10,809 nucleotides of DNA from a virus. Lineage: Duplodnaviria > Heunggongvirae > Uroviricota > Caudoviricetes. A program made the translations under genes and the position numbers. Location: the IMG/VR virus record IMGVR_UViG_2648501437_000027; one strand, given 5' to 3'. Positions 1-5,639 of this stretch are shown here, in pieces (the stretch's first letter is position 1; every line of letters starts with the position of its first letter). The notes under the pieces are model-generated. The model saw nothing but the letters and a program-made list of their open reading frames with translations, was not told the origin of the DNA and made no database searches.

Positions 1-141
1 TTACTGCTTACACTGTAAGAACGCCGCAAACTCCGCTCCCCAGAAGCTCATCCGTATTTCGCACAGCGAACCGTGCAGCATCCAGATGATGAGGATTGCC
101 GTCACGCAGAACGTGATGGCCGTAAGCGATTTTTGCGACAT
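1..141 (-). CDS. Hok/Gef-family type I toxin (small membrane peptide), 46 aa
   Basis: Reverse-strand translation from ATG at 141 to TAA at 3-1 gives MSQKSLTAITFCVTAILIIWMLHGSLCEIRMSFWGAEFAAFLQCKQ. It has a single hydrophobic helix followed by SLCEI and a C-terminal AAFLxCK, matching the Hok family pattern as I recall it (e.g. HokA SLCEL...ELAAFLACK). Identity rests on memory, not a search. Confidence 0.6.
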   Translation of the reverse strand: MSQKSLTAITFCVTAILIIWMLHGSLCEIRMSFWGAEFAAFLQCKQ

Positions 142-322
142 AGCACTTGCTCCTTTTCCGGAGAGGCGCTAACCTTTCACTTGTCAAGGTAATGCGGTTA
201 GGGCCTCGGTTAAACAGAGATGTTTTCCGGGGCCTTTCCACATCTGGCCTTCGGGTATTCCCTTCGACCATCAGCCGAAAGGCACCCGCGCGTAATCTAT
301 CGCTTTTTTGTTGCTCCGGCAA
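8..322 (-). CDS. mok-like overlapping reading frame (translational coupling frame of the hok locus); true start uncertain (ORF opens with TTG at 322, first ATG at 271)
   Basis: A 104-codon frame overlaps the whole hok CDS in a different frame and stops at 10-8, seven nt from the hok stop, which is the hok/mok arrangement known from plasmid R1. No sequence similarity was checked. Confidence 0.3.
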   Translation of the reverse strand: MPEQQKSDRLRAGAFRLMVEGNTRRPDVERPRKTSLFNRGPNRITLTSERLAPLRKRSKCYVAKIAYGHHVLRDGNPHHLDAARFAVRNTDELLGSGVCGVLTV

Positions 323-331
323 TTCTGCCTG

Positions 332-592
332 TTAATTCTGAGGTAAAGGCAAACTCATCTGATTGTTTCCCCTGTGTGAAGCTGGCAGCTCATGCCACGG
401 GATACCATCTGAAGAGTGAACGCCGGAGGCGTGTTTCGATGTGAATTTATGGAAAGCTTCCAGTGTTGAGAAGCATACGCCGCATTCCAGGTTGTTACAC
501 TGGTAATACTTTTGCCGCACGGTGTTTGAATCATTTTCCGGACGACTGGTGCGGATACGGGCAGATGCGCCACAAAGCGGACAACGGAACAT
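332..592 (-). CDS. ogr: Ogr/Delta-family zinc-finger late-gene transcriptional activator
   Basis: Translation begins MFRCPLCGASARIRTSR...YYQCNNLECGVCF, i.e. a C-x2-C...C-x4-C zinc finger and N-terminus that strongly resemble P2 Ogr (MFHCPLC...). A strong SD (GGGAGG) sits 5 nt upstream of the ATG at 592 on the minus strand. Confidence 0.85.
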   Translation of the reverse strand: MFRCPLCGASARIRTSRPENDSNTVRQKYYQCNNLECGVCFSTLEAFHKFTSKHASGVHSSDGIPWHELPASHRGNNQMSLPLPQN

Positions 593-793
593 AGGGACCT
601 CCCTTAACGTGGTGCTGGTTCTATTTTAAGTTGTACTGGCTCAGACTCCAACAGCCACTCCGCCTTGAGCAAAAAGTTAGCGCAGGAGTGCATGTTTAAA
701 CCTAATTGCTTTAAATATAGTGATTCGGATAACCAGATGACTTGTGTTTATATATGATAACGGTAAAAATCTACTCTCTATGAGAATGTTGAT
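593..793. promoter_or_regulatory. AT-rich divergent intergenic region between ogr and the orphan gene; presumably carries promoter(s) for one or both
   Basis: About 200 bp of non-coding, AT-rich sequence between divergently oriented genes. No confident -35/-10 assignment could be made by eye. Confidence 0.3.
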
Positions 794-1954
794 GTGAAAA
801 TGGTCACCATGAAGATAACTAAGACAAATTTTGGTATAACTATTAATGATACTTTAATAACGGATTTTCGCGATGTAGTTAATGAAAGAGATTTTGTTTA
901 TAGTTACTTCATAAACAGAAATGGTAAAAATCAGTTCAGCCCTATTTGTTCATGCATGGATTGGATTACTGTTTCTGTACGCTATCTTATGAACATCCCT
1001 GAAATATCTGAAGACATTGATATTAAAGCTATGCAGATTTATACTATTATATCATCAATCGATATAATAGTGGAAGCGGTGCGGCAACTCCATCGTATTA
1101 TTGAAAGTGACAATAATTTTATGAAATGGCCCTTTAAAGGCTCTGTTGATATTTTTAAGGGTAAAATACATTATCTTTCGCATGAGGATGATGACTCTTA
1201 TTTTAAGAGTATTCGCGCTATTTTTGGTGCTCACCCTACGAATCTTAAAAATAACTACGGGGAGAGATTGTTTGCGAGTTGGCCTCATTTTTATGCACTT
1301 AATAATAATGATTTTACTATAAGTCTTTATAATAACAAACCCGGTGTGGATGATGTTATTTTTGGTATTAAATTTAACGAGCTTATCTCATATGTTGAAA
1401 GTAGGTATAAATATCTAGAAAAACTAATGGACTCTATAGTGGTAATTCGTAACAACCATTACGATGTTTTGTCCGCGCAAGTTATATCATCCACCGATAA
1501 CATTTATGATGAGTTGAGGCTGCTTCTTTCAGAAGTCGCTATACGAGGTAATAATGATTATTACCGAATGCAATTGGAAGAGTTAATTCATTTGTTTGAT
1601 GGTTGTGTTAAAGAGAAGCATCTTCAAGATGAAGTAAATGAGTTTTTGAGTAAACTCTATCCGATCGTTTTAGAGATTAGAAATAATCTTCAGAAAATGA
1701 ATATTGAAGATTTAACAACTACTTGTGATGTGATTATTTCGAGGCTTCCTACAGGTGAATTAAATTATATTCTTCAGAAGATGTTTTCTTGTCTCCACTC
1801 AGATAGGGATGATCCATTGAAGGATTATTACTTTGATACTTTAAATAAATATACTGAAGGTTGGTATAATTTTTGCTCTGCAGATAATGATAGTACAACC
1901 TTGCTAAAACTTAGAATGATGCTGTATCGGTATCATCAGCAAAAACTTGATTAA
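794..1954 (+). CDS. Hypothetical protein, 386 aa, AT-rich orphan/cargo gene inserted between D and ogr; candidate anti-phage defence (abortive-infection-like) or other moron; family unknown
   Basis: Long uninterrupted ORF (GTG at 794; in-frame ATGs at 800 and 809 are plausible true starts) ending TAA at 1952-1954. GC content by eye is roughly 30% versus well over 50% in the flanking phage genes. N/I/K/Y/D-rich protein with no signal peptide, TM segment or P-loop seen. One weak R-x5-H match (SIRAIFGAHP). Confidence 0.75.
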   Translation: MKMVTMKITKTNFGITINDTLITDFRDVVNERDFVYSYFINRNGKNQFSPICSCMDWITVSVRYLMNIPEISEDIDIKAMQIYTIISSIDIIVEAVRQLHRIIESDNNFMKWPFKGSVDIFKGKIHYLSHEDDDSYFKSIRAIFGAHPTNLKNNYGERLFASWPHFYALNNNDFTISLYNNKPGVDDVIFGIKFNELISYVESRYKYLEKLMDSIVVIRNNHYDVLSAQVISSTDNIYDELRLLLSEVAIRGNNDYYRMQLEELIHLFDGCVKEKHLQDEVNEFLSKLYPIVLEIRNNLQKMNIEDLTTTCDVIISRLPTGELNYILQKMFSCLHSDRDDPLKDYYFDTLNKYTEGWYNFCSADNDSTTLLKLRMMLYRYHQQKLD

Positions 1955-2030
1955 CGATGAGAAATAATGTCAGCGGATTTTTTATAATCTTGCATATCAA
2001 TTCATCGTTAGGTTTATGATGCCTATTTCG

Positions 2031-2069
2031 GGCACAGAGCAAACAGGTATATTATGTTGGCTCTGTGCT
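2031..2069. repeat. Inverted repeat (9-bp stem GCACAGAGC/GCTCTGTGC, about 19-nt loop) in the convergent gap between the orphan gene and gene D; possible D 3' stem-loop or insertion scar
   Basis: Seen directly: 2032-2040 pairs with 2060-2068. No adjacent U-tract on either strand, so not a canonical intrinsic terminator. Confidence 0.35.
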
Positions 2070-2084
2070 GTATCTTCCCACCAT

Positions 2085-3191
2085 TTAGGTCTGCGCAATC
2101 CATTCAGGGATTTTTGTTTCAAGTTCAAGCTGCGTGGTATAACCGCTGTTATCAATGGTGTGCTCGGCTTTTGCAATAATCCAGTCCTGATTATCAATCT
2201 CGCTTTTAAATCCTGTTACCGTGCCATGCATTTCGGGGTAGAGTTCTGCACGTCCACGCGCCAGCGTGATGGAAAATGATGCGGCTCCGCGTTGTAGTTG
2301 CTGCCACTTTGCCGCCGCTGCGCGTCTTGCTGCCTGCTCGTTCTGATAAGTCTTGCGTAACACAAACACATTGCCTTCCGCGCCTTCCATATAATCACCT
2401 TCACGGCTGCTGCTTTTCTCCTTTTTGGGTTTTGGCGGTTTGCGGCGTTTCACGCTGACTTTTTTCTTTTTCCCGTAATTAAGATCAAGCCAGTAAGCGC
2501 GTACCCCCGTATACGCCTCGCGGTCAGCAATGCGGAACTGATGGCGATCGCCGCTGCTGCGTGTGATGGCGAACGATGGCAACGGCTGGCCCTGTGCGTT
2601 CACGCCACCGCCTGGCATGATGAATAACAGATTGCCGCTTTTTACCGTGGTGATTGCGCCCAGCATTTCCGCCATGCGCGTAAGGAAGGACATGTCGCTT
2701 TCTTCGGTCTGGTCGGCGTGGTCGATTTCGATATCCATCAGCATTTCGCTGATTTGCGGTTTCAGACCATACCGATGAGCGATGGCGGATACCACACGCT
2801 CAACGGTCACATCATGCCAGGACACCTCACGTTTAACGTTAAATTCATCCCGAAAATCTGCGCTTCTGGCCGAAACAGTCAGCCTGTCCGGCGGTCCTTC
2901 GTGAGCGATTTCATCAACAATGTAAGTGCCTTTTTCTGTCAGCGGTTCTCCTTTCCAGCCAATGAGAACCGTCAGGCGCGCGCCCCGTGGCGGTAGCTGC
3001 AACTGACCATCCGCATCATCCAGCGTGATGGTGAGCTGGTCCGCTTCAAATCCCCGGTTGTCGGTCAGTGACAGACTCATCAGGCGCTCTGCCACGCCGG
3101 ACAGCGTTTCCCCCTCCGCGAGAATATCAAAATCCGGCATTTTCACGGGGTCTGTGCTCTGACTGAGCAATTGCATGGTGGTGTCGGTCAT
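2085..3191 (-). CDS. D: P2 gpD-like tail/baseplate hub protein (late control gene D), 368 aa
   Basis: Translation (…LSLTDNRGFEADQLTITLDDADGQLQLPPRGARLTVLIGWKG…) resembles P2 gpD. Start placed at ATG 3191 (MTDTTMQLL…), which has a GGGAGGG SD about 7 nt upstream on the minus strand; the longer ORF to 3323 lacks an RBS. Confidence 0.85.
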   Translation of the reverse strand: MTDTTMQLLSQSTDPVKMPDFDILAEGETLSGVAERLMSLSLTDNRGFEADQLTITLDDADGQLQLPPRGARLTVLIGWKGEPLTEKGTYIVDEIAHEGPPDRLTVSARSADFRDEFNVKREVSWHDVTVERVVSAIAHRYGLKPQISEMLMDIEIDHADQTEESDMSFLTRMAEMLGAITTVKSGNLLFIMPGGGVNAQGQPLPSFAITRSSGDRHQFRIADREAYTGVRAYWLDLNYGKKKKVSVKRRKPPKPKKEKSSSREGDYMEGAEGNVFVLRKTYQNEQAARRAAAAKWQQLQRGAASFSITLARGRAELYPEMHGTVTGFKSEIDNQDWIIAKAEHTIDNSGYTTQLELETKIPEWIAQT

Positions 3192-3348
3192 CTGTTCCCT
3201 CCCTGTGCGGCATGGTCGCATGTGCGTGCGGAGGGGGTTACTGCTTTTTGTTGTCGCCGTGGCGGGAGAACGGCGCAGGGGTGAGATTACGCGCGTGGTG
3301 GGTGATGATTGTTGCCGAATCATTTAACGGATACAAGGGGCTGAAGCT

Positions 3349-4533
3349 ATGAGTGAAACTCGTTTTCATGGTGCCCGTGTTACGGAAAATACCGACCTGG
3401 TAACAGCGATTAATGATGTTGATTCCAGTGTTATCGGTATCGTGGCAACGGCGGATGATGCGGACGCGAAGCTGTTCCCGCTGAACAAGCCCACACTGCT
3501 GACCCGCGTCAATGACGTGCTGGGAAAATGCGGGACAACGGGGACGCTTTATCGTGCGCTTAAGGCCATCGCAGACCAGGTGAGCACAAAGGTGATCGTC
3601 GTTCGCGTGGCTGAACACAAAGAAGAAGGCGGTAAGACGCAGGATCAACTGGTTATCGGTGGTTCTGAATCTGACGGCAGCTATACGGGGATGTATGCGC
3701 TGCTTGTTGCAGAGCAGGATGAAAGCATCGGATACCGTCCGCGTATTCTGGCCGCGCCGGAGCTGGACACGGAGGCGGTGACAAAATCCCTGTGCGTGAT
3801 TGCGGGTAAGCTGCGCGCGTTTGTGTATGCCTCATGTCACGGCTGTAACACGATGGCTGAGGCGATTACCTACCGCCAGAAATTCAACGAACGTGAAGTG
3901 ATGCTCTTATGGCCGGACTTCATCGCCTACAACCCAAAAAGTGGCGAAAACGAAACGTTCCCCGCGCCTGCCTATGCGTGCGGCCTTCGTGCGTACATTG
4001 ACCATGAGCAGGGATGGCACAAATCACTGTCCAACGTTCCGGTCAAAAATGTGCTGGGAATGTCCAGGCATGTGTTCTGGTCGTTGCAGGCCGAAGACAG
4101 TGATGCCAACAGCCTCAATAACAAAGAAATCACGACCATTATTCGTCGCAACGGGTTCCGCTTCTGGGGCAACCGCACACCGGAAACGAACGCCTACATC
4201 TTTGAGGTGTATACCCGAACCGCACAGGTGCTGGCTGATTCAATTGCGGAAGCGCAGTTTGAAACCATCGACAGTCCACTGACGCCTGCGAACGTGAAAG
4301 ATGTTATCAGTGCCATCAGGGCAAAACTGGATTCGCTGGTGACAGCCGGGAAACTGATTGGGGCGTCGTGCTGGTATGACGTGGTGGATAACGGCACCAC
4401 GGATTTACGTCAGGGGCGTGTGCGTATTCGCTACAAATATACGCCCGTTCCGCCACTGGAAGACATGGAGCTTTACCAGACGTTTACTGATGAATACTTT
4501 GGCCCCGCATTTGCGGTGCTGGGAGGTGCCTGA
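3349..4533 (+). CDS. FI: Contractile tail sheath protein (P2 FI-like), 394 aa
   Basis: Length and multiple conserved blocks (FPLNKP, KLRAF, WPDF, EQGWHK-LSNV, RRNGFRFWGNRT, YTRTAQV, YTPVPPLE) match the P2 FI sheath family. RBS upstream of ATG 3349. Confidence 0.9.
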   Translation: MSETRFHGARVTENTDLVTAINDVDSSVIGIVATADDADAKLFPLNKPTLLTRVNDVLGKCGTTGTLYRALKAIADQVSTKVIVVRVAEHKEEGGKTQDQLVIGGSESDGSYTGMYALLVAEQDESIGYRPRILAAPELDTEAVTKSLCVIAGKLRAFVYASCHGCNTMAEAITYRQKFNEREVMLLWPDFIAYNPKSGENETFPAPAYACGLRAYIDHEQGWHKSLSNVPVKNVLGMSRHVFWSLQAEDSDANSLNNKEITTIIRRNGFRFWGNRTPETNAYIFEVYTRTAQVLADSIAEAQFETIDSPLTPANVKDVISAIRAKLDSLVTAGKLIGASCWYDVVDNGTTDLRQGRVRIRYKYTPVPPLEDMELYQTFTDEYFGPAFAVLGGA

Positions 4534-5045
4534 TGGCTGTGCCAAAACATCTTCGCTTTTTTACGCTGTTTGTGGATGGTGAAAACGAAGTGGGTAAGGT
4601 GACGTCCGTCACTCTGCCTAAACTGACGCGCAAAACCGACAGCTACCGGGGTGGTGGCATGATGGGTGCGGTAAGTATTGATCTCGGTCTGGACGACTCC
4701 GCGCTTGATGCGAGCTTTGTCATGGGGGGCGCAGTTCGTGCGCTGTTCCTTAAGTATGGCGGCACGATTGACGGCACGCTGCTGCGTTTTGCGGGTGAAT
4801 ACTACACCGATGCAGAAAGCGACCTGTATGAAGCCGAAATGCGCGGACGTGTGACGGAAATTGATATGGGGGAAGCCAAACAGGGCGAAGCCACATCACA
4901 CACTTACGCTGTCAAAAACACCTACTACAAGCTGAGCGTTAACGATCGCCCGCTGTGGGAAATCGACCTGTTGAACCACATCTACCGGAAGGACGGCAAG
5001 GACATTGTGCCTGACCGTATCCGTTCCGCGCTTGGGCTTGGCTGA
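4533..5045 (+). CDS. FII: Tail tube protein (P2 FII-like), 170 aa
   Basis: ATG overlaps the FI stop (TGATG) and is preceded by GGAGGT. Size and position immediately after the sheath gene are as in P2 FII. Confidence 0.88.
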   Translation: MAVPKHLRFFTLFVDGENEVGKVTSVTLPKLTRKTDSYRGGGMMGAVSIDLGLDDSALDASFVMGGAVRALFLKYGGTIDGTLLRFAGEYYTDAESDLYEAEMRGRVTEIDMGEAKQGEATSHTYAVKNTYYKLSVNDRPLWEIDLLNHIYRKDGKDIVPDRIRSALGLG

Positions 5046-5100
5046 TAAGTAATATGCAGGCGGCGCAGTGCGTCGCCTCTGACTGAAAAGGAGACAACTG

Positions 5101-5475
5101 ATGAAAGACATCGATACTGAAACCCGGAATAACACCGTGGCGGATGATGTGACGGCAGGTGAGGATATGGCTGTCGAACGTGGCGTAAAACTGACCCGAC
5201 CAATTGAGCGTGGTGGCGAAAAAATCACGTATGTGGAGATCACCGGGGCTATTGAGCAGGCTGGATCCCTGCGTGGTCTGTCGCTGTCTGATGTGCTGAA
5301 TCTGAAAGCGGATACCATGTTCACGCTGTTGCCTCGCGTGACCTCGCCACGACTGGATGAAGTGATGATTAAAAAAATGTCGTCACGCGATTTTATTCAG
5401 TTGTGCGCTGTGGCTGTAAATTTTATGAGCGAGCCAGACTCTGGCGCGAAGAGCGTGCAGGAGACGGCAGCGTAA
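5101..5475 (+). CDS. E: Tail assembly chaperone gpE (zero-frame product), 124 aa
   Basis: ORF preceded by AAGGAG, positioned between tube and tape-measure genes, with an overlapping downstream -1 frame exactly as in the P2 E/E' and lambda G/GT paradigm. Confidence 0.8.
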   Translation: MKDIDTETRNNTVADDVTAGEDMAVERGVKLTRPIERGGEKITYVEITGAIEQAGSLRGLSLSDVLNLKADTMFTLLPRVTSPRLDEVMIKKMSSRDFIQLCAVAVNFMSEPDSGAKSVQETAA

Positions 5476-5639
5476 TCACCCTGGTGTGCTTTGAGCACAT
5501 CGAAGATCTGGTGGCGGATATTGCCGCCATTTTTAACTGGTCGCCCGCCGAAATCTTCATGATGACGCCCGGCGAAGTGGTTAGCTGGCGTGAGCGGGCG
5601 GCACTTCGCAGCGGGAATGCAGACAATGAAGACTCTTGA
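5373..5639 (+). CDS. E' extension: -1 frame read after a programmed frameshift in E, giving an E+E' fusion of about 179 aa
   Basis: The -1 frame is closed by TAA at 5370-5372 and open from 5373 to TGA 5637-5639, so any shift must occur within the A7 run at 5371-5377. The E' frame ends 12 nt after the likely T start. Confidence 0.65.
   Translation, partial: KNVVTRFYSVVRCGCKFYERARLWREERAGDGSVITLVCFEHIEDLVADIAAIFNWSPAEIFMMTPGEVVSWRERAALRSGNADNEDS

Noticed and set aside
147-444. Plus-strand ORFs 147-335 and 220-444 opposite the hok/mok locus
   Set aside because: Short, no RBS, antisense to the hok/mok region. If anything is functional on this strand it would be a small antisense RNA, not these proteins.
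2016-2996. Plus-strand ORFs (2016-2279, 2276-2458, 2563-2778, 2718-2996) overlapping gene D
   Set aside because: All are antisense to the gpD coding sequence, short and without RBS. The SISISISL run is just the reverse frame of D codons, not a real repeat protein.
3192-3348. Ogr-dependent late promoter (TGT-N12-ACA dyad) in the D-FI divergent region
   Set aside because: I scanned every TGT in the interval for an ACA 12 nt downstream and found none; no promoter is claimed. Promoters must exist here but cannot be placed by eye.
3238-3648. 136-aa minus-strand ORF spanning the D-FI intergenic region and the FI start
   Set aside because: Antisense to the FI 5' end, no RBS, and it conflicts with the strongly supported sheath gene.
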